Assembly: GCA_042216675.1 (NCBI GenBank)
Contig: JBDGTS010000051.1
Location: 1-23,999 of the forward strand
Direction: 5' to 3'
DNA from: Halobacteriaceae archaeon
GTDB lineage: Archaea > Halobacteriota > Halobacteria > Halobacteriales > Halobacteriaceae
DNA: 23,999 bases
How positions within the stretch are numbered: position 1 is the stretch's first letter; the number at the start of each line of letters is the position of its first letter. The notes below the pieces were generated by a model. It made no database searches. It saw only the letters and a list, made by a program, of their open reading frames with translations, and was not told the origin of the DNA. Position numbers and translations under genes: made by a program. Positions 16,908 to 23,999 of the stretch are shown here, piece by piece.

Positions 16908-18462
16908 CGCCGAAGGAGACACACCGCCGGAGCAGCAGTCCCGTCCCGAGGACACAGAGGACCGCGACCAGGACCAGACCGACCGGGACGCGCCACGCGC
17001 CACCGCGCCAGTCCGCGACGAACACACGGGCGAACCGGGCGGCGACGGCCCGGTCCGAGATGATGACTGCTATTTCTCTGTTCTCGGTGACGGCCACGTC
17101 GTTCCAGTTCACGCTTCCCACGAGCGCTCGCTCCCCGTCCACGACGACGCCCTTCACGTGGATGGCCCGGTAGCGCGACCGTGGCTCCGCGAGGCGCGCC
17201 CGGAGGTCCAGTCCTTCCGCGTCGGCCACGCGGTTCAGTCGCTCGACCACTCGCCGGTTCTCCTCGTAGACGTACCACTGTCCGCTCAGGAGCACGCGAA
17301 CCGACACGCCGCGGCGTGCGGCGGCCAGCGTCTCGTTCAGGAACCCGTGGTCGGGCGCGATCCGGACCTGCTGGACCCGCAGCGTCTCGTCGGCCGACCG
17401 GAGGAGGCGCCGAATCGCCCGTCCGGCGTTGTCCGGGGCCGCGAGCAGGCGCACCTCGGAGACAGTCGTCTCGACGGCGTCGAACCGACTCGGATACGAC
17501 GCTCGGTCGGCCGGCGGAATCCGCCCGGTCCCGTTCGCCGTCCACGCGACGCCGTCGCGCCAGCCCGAATCCGCCCGGAAGACGGCCGCGAGGCGGTCCG
17601 CGAGTCGCGGGCTTCGAACCGTCGCGCCCCACCCCCGATTCGCGCCGCCGGTCCCCGATGGCCCCCAGTTCTCAGAGGTGACCAAGACGCGGTCGTCCGC
17701 GACGGCGTACTTCGCGTGGTGGTAGCGGTAGCGCGCCCGCGGGCCGTCCATCGTCGTCACGTTCACGCCCGCGCTCGCGAGTCTGTCGAGGAGCGCCGGC
17801 TGAACCCCATCGGTACCGCCAACCGGGTCACCTTCGACGAGGACGCGTACGTCCACGCCGCGCGATTCGGCCGCGAGGAGCGCACGGGTGACGCGACGGG
17901 ACCGGAACGTGTAGCCGGCGACGAAGAGGCGGCGGTCGGCCGACCGAACGACCGACCGGGGGATGCCGGCGGAGTCCGGAAGCACGAACGCCGTCGTCCG
18001 CACGTCGCTGACCGCCGTGACGCGGAGATTCGTCGCACCGAGTGGCTGCCACGACCCGTTCCACAGCTCCGCTTCGGGCGCGTCGCCGTACTCCGTCACG
18101 TCGAGGACGGTTTCGTTCCGGCGGAGTTCGACTCGCTCGCCGCTGTTCGAGAGGGAGAGCGTGCCGCGGAGACCGTACGTCGGTCGGGTGTCAGGCGTCG
18201 CGTTCGGCGTCGGTGAGAGGTAGACGACGCCGCTCGCCGTGGCGTTCGGTCCGCGGGCGACGCTCTCCCCGTCGGCCACGCGGAGCGTCGAGAGGTCGGT
18301 GTCCGTGGGGACCCGGACGGCCACGAACTCACCCACGTCGCCGTCGGCGACCGGATTCGGGACGACGCCGACGATGGTCGGCCCCGACGGTCCTGTGGCG
18401 GCCCCGCCCGTCGCGGCTGTGAGCGAGGTGACGAGCAGTAGCGCGGCGACGAGTCGGCGCAC
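16804..18462 (-). CDS. Secreted, C-terminally anchored phospholipase D-family protein with lamin-tail-like domain
   Basis: Signal peptide, PNPVADGDVGEFV (LTD-like), two HKD motifs (HAKYAVAD, HVKGVVVD), C-terminal TM followed by RR. Confidence 0.88.
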   Translation of the reverse strand: MRRLVAALLLVTSLTAATGGAATGPSGPTIVGVVPNPVADGDVGEFVAVRVPTDTDLSTLRVADGESVARGPNATASGVVYLSPTPNATPDTRPTYGLRGTLSLSNSGERVELRRNETVLDVTEYGDAPEAELWNGSWQPLGATNLRVTAVSDVRTTAFVLPDSAGIPRSVVRSADRRLFVAGYTFRSRRVTRALLAAESRGVDVRVLVEGDPVGGTDGVQPALLDRLASAGVNVTTMDGPRARYRYHHAKYAVADDRVLVTSENWGPSGTGGANRGWGATVRSPRLADRLAAVFRADSGWRDGVAWTANGTGRIPPADRASYPSRFDAVETTVSEVRLLAAPDNAGRAIRRLLRSADETLRVQQVRIAPDHGFLNETLAAARRGVSVRVLLSGQWYVYEENRRVVERLNRVADAEGLDLRARLAEPRSRYRAIHVKGVVVDGERALVGSVNWNDVAVTENREIAVIISDRAVAARFARVFVADWRGGAWRVPVGLVLVAVLCVLGTGLLLRRCVSFGVSEARPPAGRARSRRRPSSPRERREPPPASRERT

Positions 18463-18538
18463 GCCCCGCGTTGGCCTCGGTCAGACTGAAAAAGGTCGTG
18501 CCGGTGGCTTTTTGCCGGCCGGCGGTGCTACCCGGACT

Positions 18539-18781
18539 ATGGTCGAATTCGTGACGGCGCTCCGACTCGCCGGCCACGCCATCGGCGCGTTCGGGGGGCT
18601 GTTGGTCTTTCTGGAGTTCTTCCAGCTGCCGAGCTACGTCGAGTACGACGAGAACTTCGGAACGTACGACCTCTCGGTGACGTTCAACGAGGTCGTCGAG
18701 CACACGTGGTTGGGCCGGCTGGGGGCGCTCTGCATCGCCCTCGCCTTCACCCTGCAGTTCCTCGCGGTGTTCCTCGCTTAG
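18539..18781 (+). CDS. Small two-TM membrane protein (80 aa)
   Basis: ATG 18539 in the gap between the PLD and HEAT genes; two TM segments around an acidic/aromatic loop (EFFQLPSYVEYDENFGTY); CTTTTTG upstream. Confidence 0.78.
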   Translation: MVEFVTALRLAGHAIGAFGGLLVFLEFFQLPSYVEYDENFGTYDLSVTFNEVVEHTWLGRLGALCIALAFTLQFLAVFLA

Positions 18782-20052
18782 GCCGTCGCCTCGGACTCCG
18801 CACCGAGGGCGTCGGCGGCCCGTTGGGCCTCGACTTCGACGATGTACGCCCGGTCGTCGGCGTACTCTGCGGCGCGTTCGAGCGCCTCTTCGGTGCCGAT
18901 TTGCACGAGCGCCCACGCCGCGCTGGCGCGGACGTTGTCCGGTTCGTCGCCGCCCAGCACGTCCGACAGCGGTTCGACGGCGCGCGTGTCGCCGATGAGA
19001 CCGAGCGAGCGTGCGGCGCGACTCCGAACCGCGGCGTCGTCGGCCGCGAGCGCCTGTGCGACGGGCTCGACGGACTGGGGACTCCCGATTTTGCCGAGCG
19101 CTTCGATGGTCGTCTTCGCCATCCCGGGGTCGGCGTCGACGTACTCGTGCAGGGTGTCGAGTACGTCCTCGTCGGCGACGCCGATCTGACCCAGCACCCG
19201 AATCGCGGGCTTGTCGCGCTTGCCCGCTCGCTCTAGCATCGGGTCGAGGGCGTCGGGGTTGCCCATCCGCTCCAGCGTCTCTAGACAGTGCCGCTCGATG
19301 AACTCCGAGTCCCCCATCAGGTCGAGGAGGAGGAGCGCCATCTCGGCGTCGTCCCGCTGTTCCCACTGCTTGAGCGCGCTCCACTCCGGCGGGAAGTCCT
19401 TGTGCTTCTCGCCCAGTACCTCGTAGAAGCCCTGCGCCTGTAGCTTCTCGCGCACCGAGAGGTCGTCCCACGCCTCGGCCGCCTCGACGTCTCCGTCGAG
19501 AGCGTCCGCGGCCTCCACTAGTGACGCGATCGTCTCGGCGTCCTCGTCGGCGTCGAGACCCCCGCTCTCGATGGCCTCGCTCGCGTCGCGAAGTCGCTCG
19601 GCGACCGTCGCGGGGTCGGCGTCGTCCGCGACGCCGGTCTCGACGTCCACTTCGGCGGCCGCGGCGTCGAGGAAGGACTCGGCGGCAGCTCGGACCTCGT
19701 TCGCTCCGTCCTCGGTCCACTCCGTGTCCGCTACGGTGTCCGCCACGCCGGCGACGCTCTCTGCGACGTCCTCGGCGTAGGGTCCGCGCTGGGATTCGAG
19801 GTCCGCGCGGAGGTCCTCGAGCCGCGCCGTGAGTTCCTCTTCGGGCGATTCCTCGTCCTCGTCCTCGGGTTCCGGAAGCTCGGCGGCCTCGATGTCGGCT
19901 TCGACGTCGTCGAGGGTCGCTTCCACCTCGTCGAGGTCGGCCTCCGTCTCCGCCGCCTCGAGAGCCTCGGCGGCCTCGTCGAGGCGGGCGTCGAGGGTGT
20001 CGGTGTCGGGCAGTTCCGCACCGTCTGACGTGTCCTCGTCCCCGTCGCTCAT
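18778..20052 (-). CDS. HEAT/PBS-lyase repeat protein with very acidic N-terminal helical region
   Basis: Repeats such as AIRVLGQIG, TIEALGKIG, VRSRAARSLGLIGDTRAVEPL and VRASAAWALVQIG. Confidence 0.88.
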   Translation of the reverse strand: MSDGDEDTSDGAELPDTDTLDARLDEAAEALEAAETEADLDEVEATLDDVEADIEAAELPEPEDEDEESPEEELTARLEDLRADLESQRGPYAEDVAESVAGVADTVADTEWTEDGANEVRAAAESFLDAAAAEVDVETGVADDADPATVAERLRDASEAIESGGLDADEDAETIASLVEAADALDGDVEAAEAWDDLSVREKLQAQGFYEVLGEKHKDFPPEWSALKQWEQRDDAEMALLLLDLMGDSEFIERHCLETLERMGNPDALDPMLERAGKRDKPAIRVLGQIGVADEDVLDTLHEYVDADPGMAKTTIEALGKIGSPQSVEPVAQALAADDAAVRSRAARSLGLIGDTRAVEPLSDVLGGDEPDNVRASAAWALVQIGTEEALERAAEYADDRAYIVEVEAQRAADALGAESEATA

Positions 20053-20092
20053 GTCCCCGAATTCCGTCAGGGCACCTATGAGCGTTTCCCTT

Positions 20093-20764
20093 CTATCGCC
20101 AGTAGAACCGCGGCGCGAGGACGAGGTACGCCAGCCCCGCCGCGAGGAGGGCCCGCGGGAACGCCCGCGAGGCGACCGTCGGCGCGAGGACGGCCCCGGA
20201 CTGGAGCACGCCCATCGCGAGGGCGTCCCTGTCGAGCAAGTCCGGGTACGTCACGGGCATCACCATCAGATAGGTGAACGCGCCGGCGGCGGCGAGGACG
20301 GCCCACGCGGGCACGCCGGAGAGAACACCTGCTGCGAGCAGGGTGCCCGCGAGCGTCGTCGGCGCGCCACGCGTACAGTCCTCGCCGGCGTCGAGTTCCG
20401 TGTAGAGCGCGAGGCGCACCACCGCCACCGCGACGAACGCGGCCGGGACGCCGTACGCGAGCACCGTGTCGAGCGCCGTCGGGTCGGTGGCGTACCACGC
20501 GGCATACGCGAGGGCGGCCGGTGCGACGCCGAAGGAGGCCACGTCGGCGAGCGAGTCGAGGTGGTCCCCGAGCGCGGACCCGCCGCGCCACCGCGCGACG
20601 ACGCCGTCGAGGCCGTCGGCGATGGCGGCGAGGAGGACGAGGCGGGCACCGAGTGCGACCGCACCCTCTCCCACCATCGCGGCCACGGCGCAGAATCCGA
20701 GGGCGGCGTTCGCCGCTGTCACCGCGTCTGCGGCGGAGAGCCGGCCGGCGAACCGGGGGCGCAT
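20093..20764 (-). CDS. pssA: Archaetidylserine synthase (CDP-alcohol phosphatidyltransferase)
   Basis: ADAVTAANAALG and the CDP-AP motif DGLDGVVAR...GDHLDSLADVASFGVAP. Confidence 0.88.
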   Translation of the reverse strand: MRPRFAGRLSAADAVTAANAALGFCAVAAMVGEGAVALGARLVLLAAIADGLDGVVARWRGGSALGDHLDSLADVASFGVAPAALAYAAWYATDPTALDTVLAYGVPAAFVAVAVVRLALYTELDAGEDCTRGAPTTLAGTLLAAGVLSGVPAWAVLAAAGAFTYLMVMPVTYPDLLDRDALAMGVLQSGAVLAPTVASRAFPRALLAAGLAYLVLAPRFYWR

Positions 20765-20853
20765 ACACCGTTGTATCCCAGAGGGCGTCTAAACGTTTTG
20801 TATTCGCCCGTCGAAATCGCGCCGCCTATATATCGCGCGTCGAAGTGTGTGGT

Positions 20854-21279
20854 ATGAATCGGCGTGCGTTCCTCGCGGGCGTCGGCACGGGCGCCTCGCT
20901 TGCCCTCGCCGGCTGTACCGGCGCACTCGGCGGATCCACTCTCGCCGACGACGAGTACGACGTCGGCATGTCCGCCAGCGCCTTCGAGCCGTCGGTGTAC
21001 GAGGTGTCAGTCGGCGACACGGTGACGTGGGGCAACACCAGTCAGCGCTCCCACACCGTCACCGCCGTCGGGAGCCAGATTCCCGAGGGAGCCGACTACT
21101 TCGCCTCCGGCGGCTTCGACTCCCAACAGGCCGCCGAGGAGGGGTGGCAGGGCCAGAACGGCGCCATCGCCGTCGGCGAAACGTACAGCCACACCTTCGA
21201 AGTGGCCGGCGAGTATCAGTACCTCTGTATTCCCCACCGCGCGCAGGGGATGATCGGAAAAGTAATCGTGACCGATTAG
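20854..21279 (+). CDS. Halocyanin-like blue copper lipoprotein (Tat-exported)
   Basis: MNRRAFL twin-arginine signal, LAGC lipobox, Cu ligands HTVT and CIPHRAQGM. Confidence 0.9.
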   Translation: MNRRAFLAGVGTGASLALAGCTGALGGSTLADDEYDVGMSASAFEPSVYEVSVGDTVTWGNTSQRSHTVTAVGSQIPEGADYFASGGFDSQQAAEEGWQGQNGAIAVGETYSHTFEVAGEYQYLCIPHRAQGMIGKVIVTD

Positions 21280-21911
21280 ACGCCGACGTCTTCCTCGTCG
21301 ACGTCGACGGACGTCTCTTCCTCGGCCTGCACCTCTTCGGGGTGGGCTTCGAGGACCGTCTTCTGAATCTCGACCCGGCGGAGCGGGTAAATCGTCTTCG
21401 CCTCGCCGTAGATGGCCGAGGAGAGGCGCCCCTCGACGGCGCTGTCGAGGAACTCCTCGAACGTGTGTTCGGCGGCCGTCTCCGCGACGATGTCGGTCAT
21501 CGTCTCCCGGATGGCGCGCTTCTGGCTGTGGTCGGCGCGCTTGGTCGTGAACGCCACCGGCTGAATCTTCACCCGGTGGTCGTCGGCCGTCCGGACCGTC
21601 TGGACGGCGCCGATTTTCGAGGAGCCCCGGCGCACCAGACTGCGCAGGTAGTCCCGCGCGAGTTCGTGGCGCTCGAACTCCGTGTACGCCGCCTCGCCGC
21701 CCACGTCGTTGACACGGAAGCGAAGCTTGATGTTGTTCTCGCCGCCCTCGTCGCGGAGGTCGCCGAGCGTCGTCTCGATTGTGCGTCCCTCTACCTGTTC
21801 GGGCTCGTCAGCGGGGGTCTCGCCGAGCTCCTCCCGGTCGAACATCTCGGGAGCCAGCAGGGTGTACCACCGCTTCTCCTGCCCTTGTCGTGAAACTGAT
21901 CTGTCACTCAT
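21276..21911 (-). CDS. rps3ae: 30S ribosomal protein S3Ae (eS1)
   Basis: KRWYTLLAPEMF, RDYLRSLVRRGSSKI and IYPLRRVEIQK motifs. Confidence 0.97.
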   Translation of the reverse strand: MSDRSVSRQGQEKRWYTLLAPEMFDREELGETPADEPEQVEGRTIETTLGDLRDEGGENNIKLRFRVNDVGGEAAYTEFERHELARDYLRSLVRRGSSKIGAVQTVRTADDHRVKIQPVAFTTKRADHSQKRAIRETMTDIVAETAAEHTFEEFLDSAVEGRLSSAIYGEAKTIYPLRRVEIQKTVLEAHPEEVQAEEETSVDVDEEDVGV

Positions 21912-22140
21912 TAGTGTCGTGTTTAATCGCGAGTTCGTGTGCCTGTACCGCTGTCGTGAGATTCACCACGTAGTCGTCCACCGTCGAGCGGAGGCCGCCC
22001 GTGTCCGGCCGTTCGACGTCGGTGACGACGGCGCCGTCGTCCACGCGCGTCGTCATCTCCTCAGTGTTGTCCGGCCGCACCGCCCGCGCTACCGTCTCGG
22101 GGGCGTCGACGGGCGTCCGAACCGTCGCCGTCCGGGTCAT
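21904..22140 (-). CDS. pcc1: KEOPS complex subunit Pcc1
   Basis: ARAVRPDNT and GGLRSTVDDYVVNL motifs. ATG 22140, coupled to both neighbours. Confidence 0.88.
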   Translation of the reverse strand: MTRTATVRTPVDAPETVARAVRPDNTEEMTTRVDDGAVVTDVERPDTGGLRSTVDDYVVNLTTAVQAHELAIKHDTNE

Positions 22141-23261
22141 CGCGTCCCCCGAACGGCCGCTGTCAGTTCCGAGGCGTCCATCTCGGGCGTCTGCGCGTAG
22201 GCGAGCGTTCCGCGGCCCGCCACAACCTCCTCGCCGACGACCGACGCGAGACGTGCGTCCGCGTCCGCCTCGGCCGCGAGGGCCACCTCGTCCGTTCCGA
22301 CTGCGAGCGCGGCCGGTTCGGGCGAGCGGGCGTCGCGGAGCAGTCGCGCAGCCGTCCAGACCGGCGCGTCGCCGACGTCCGCGACCACGAGGCCGCTGTG
22401 TCGGGTCGGCTGTGCGGTCCGAACGGCGTCGTGGACTGCCGTCGCCGCCTCCCGCCACGCGTCGAGCGCGGCGGTTCGAACGTCGTGGCCGAGAGCCGCC
22501 GCCAGCGCGGTGCCCGGCGCGGTGCGTGCCACGGCGTCGAGTACATCCGCGTAGCCCCCGACAGTCGCGAAGGGACCGCCCGGTGCGAGCGGGCGGAGTG
22601 CCCGCTCCATCGCGTCGGCGGAAGCGGACTCCCCGGCGCTCGCGTCGAGCGCCACGACCGAAGCCAGTCGGCGCCGGTCCTCGGCGTCGAGTTCGGCCGG
22701 GAGGTCGAGGTCCGCCAGCGCCGCTCCGGCGGCGTCGGTGTCGCCGGAGAAGCCTGCGTGGACGAGCGTCGAGTGTGCCAGCCCGTCGACCAAATCGGCC
22801 GTGGGAATGGCGACGCCCGGGCGCCGTTCGACCGGTGCTCGGTCGGCCGCCGCGGGCGCGTCTCGCTCCGGGACGCCGCCGCCGGCCGCGACGCCCGCGA
22901 GCGCGAGCGTCGCCATCTCGCCGGTCACGTCGGCGAGACTGGTCGCCGTGTCGAACGCTGCGGGGGTCGTCAGCCCGTCCGGAAGCGACTCCGTCGCCCC
23001 GGCCGGGTCGAGTCTCACCGCGACGACGGCGGCGTCCTCGTCGCTGTCCGCGACGCGTCGGGCCGCATCGCCCGCCGTGGCCGCCGTGCTCACTTGATAC
23101 GGCGTCCCGCGCGCTTCGAGGGCGCGAGCGATGAGGGCGGCGCTGGCGAGTGCGTCGCCGTCCGCGTGGGCGACGACGTGGGCGAACGCGGCGTCTCGGA
23201 GCGTCGCCGCGAGGCTCTCGCCCGCGGCGGCGGCCATGCTCCGGTCGTCGGTGGTGGACAT
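22137..23261 (-). CDS. Degenerate RecJ/DHH-family protein (RecJ2-like)
   Basis: Motif I HADGDALASA, plus PGVAIPT, DGLAHSTLVHA and TVGGYADVLDA. No DHH triad. Lies between rps15 and pcc1. Confidence 0.8.
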   Translation of the reverse strand: MSTTDDRSMAAAAGESLAATLRDAAFAHVVAHADGDALASAALIARALEARGTPYQVSTAATAGDAARRVADSDEDAAVVAVRLDPAGATESLPDGLTTPAAFDTATSLADVTGEMATLALAGVAAGGGVPERDAPAAADRAPVERRPGVAIPTADLVDGLAHSTLVHAGFSGDTDAAGAALADLDLPAELDAEDRRRLASVVALDASAGESASADAMERALRPLAPGGPFATVGGYADVLDAVARTAPGTALAAALGHDVRTAALDAWREAATAVHDAVRTAQPTRHSGLVVADVGDAPVWTAARLLRDARSPEPAALAVGTDEVALAAEADADARLASVVGEEVVAGRGTLAYAQTPEMDASELTAAVRGTR

Positions 23262-23268
23262 CGCGTCG

Positions 23269-23745
23269 TTACTCGTCGAGTTCTTCGAGGAGTTCGATGG
23301 CGTTCTCCGCCGTGTAGGTGAACTCCTCGTCGATTTCGTCGCCGCGGTAGTAGTCCGCGAGACGGCGAATCTTCGACTCCGTGTTCTGAAGCGCGCGACG
23401 GTTCTGGTGGTCCTGTCCGTTCTCCTCGACGTGGCGGTGGAGTCGGACGGCCCGTTCGAGCAGGTTCCGGAGGTCCTCGGGAATCTCGGCGGCGGCGTCG
23501 TTCTCCTCGAGAATCTCGGTGACCTTCTTCCCCGTCGCGACCTTCACGTCGGGAATCGGGGTGCCCTGCACGCCTTCGTCGCGCAGTTTGATGCCGATCT
23601 GGCTGGGGTCGTGTCCCTCCTCGGCCAGTTCGACGACGCGCTCTTCGATGGCGTCTTCGTCTACGTCACTCCACTCCGGGGGTTCGTCTGCCGCGGGCTT
23701 GTCCGAACCGGACGAGCCACGACGGCGGGTGTGCATTCGTGCCAT
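23269..23745 (-). CDS. rps15: 30S ribosomal protein S15 (uS15)
   Basis: MARMHTRRRGSSGS, IGIKLRD and ESKIRRLADYYR motifs. ATG 23745. Confidence 0.97.
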   Translation of the reverse strand: MARMHTRRRGSSGSDKPAADEPPEWSDVDEDAIEERVVELAEEGHDPSQIGIKLRDEGVQGTPIPDVKVATGKKVTEILEENDAAAEIPEDLRNLLERAVRLHRHVEENGQDHQNRRALQNTESKIRRLADYYRGDEIDEEFTYTAENAIELLEELDE

Positions 23746-23853
23746 TGGTTGATTGGAACAGCACAAGCCGCTCCGGCGCGGGTGACGCGTGCACTACCGC
23801 ATTCCCAAGCCGCGCAATCGGCGGCGAGTCAGAACTGCGGCCGTGCCGTTCCC
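23746..23853 (-). ncRNA. Structured 5' leader of rps15 (candidate S15-Halobacteria-type ribosomal leader)
   Basis: About 105-nt leader downstream of a TATA element, with extensive stems: GGAACGGCAC/GTGCTGTTCC, GCACGGCCGCA/TGCGGTAGTGC and GCCGC/GCGGC. Confidence 0.7.
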
Positions 23854-23876
23854 TAAGACACGGGTGGTCTGTCGCG

Positions 23877-23891
23877 GACTAAAGGGTTTCT
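23877..23891 (-). promoter_or_regulatory. BRE/TATA of the rps15 operon
   Basis: Minus strand GAAACCCTTTAGT, a typical haloarchaeal BRE plus TATA. Confidence 0.6.
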
Positions 23892-23911
23892 ACTCCCCGC
23901 CGCCCCGTTTC

Positions 23912-23925
23912 GAGGGGTTTATGAG
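23912..23925 (+). promoter_or_regulatory. TATA box of the tRNA gene
   Basis: GGGGTTTATGA about 32 nt upstream of the tRNA 5' end. Confidence 0.6.
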
Positions 23926-23955
23926 ACGGCGAGGGCAACGTAGTGATGCGTTCGC

Positions 23956-23999
23956 GGGCTCGTAGATCAGTGGTAGATCATCCCCCTGGCACGGGGAAG
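23956..23999 (+). tRNA. tRNA-Ala(GGC), 5' part (truncated by the window)
   Basis: Acceptor 5' strand GGGCTCG (G3), D-arm GATC-AGTGGTA-GATC, anticodon arm TCCCC-CTGGCAC-GGGGA with GGC at 23988-23990. Confidence 0.93.

Noticed and set aside
19780-20052. Repetitive-looking TCG/GTC-rich DNA
   Set aside because: Reflects Asp/Glu/Ala codons of the acidic HEAT protein N-terminus. There is no fixed repeat-spacer pattern, so it is not CRISPR or a tandem array.
15024-20052. DHH nuclease + PLD + HEAT as an anti-phage island
   Set aside because: Host-like GC and codon usage, a PLD with signal peptide and membrane anchor, and convergent orientation fit conserved core genes.
23981-23997. C32/C38 in the tRNA-Ala(GGC) anticodon loop
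   Set aside because: Minor variation with an intact stem and no intron. The gene is truncated by the window, so nothing more can be judged.

Overview
High-GC haloarchaeal (Halobacteria-type) chromosome segment that is mostly conserved housekeeping genes. In order: the start of the Nuo-like complex operon (nuoA, nuoB, 5' part of fused nuoCD), purE-purK, an Agl23/TIGR03663-like membrane protein, ribH plus a class I aminotransferase, an orphan histidine kinase, FAD synthase ribL, a JAMM/MPN+ protease, an S1/OB/DHH RecJ-like nuclease, a secreted PLD-family protein, an acidic HEAT-repeat protein, archaetidylserine synthase pssA, a Tat-lipoprotein halocyanin, the rps15-recJ-like-pcc1-rps3ae operon with a structured 5' leader, and a tRNA-Ala(GGC) cut off by the window edge. 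An apparent accessory block (~9.25-14.95 kb, locally lower GC) holds a Dpp/Opp-family ABC module with no substrate-binding gene, a fifth small membrane gene, a PH-domain protein and two adjacent inverted repeats. No CRISPR, IS or phage was seen. The best leads are the binding-protein-less ABC module, the two-state S15 leader RNA and the motif-diverged Agl23-like protein. None is a clearly new system on sequence alone. Family assignments and comparisons to homologs are from memory, not from searches.
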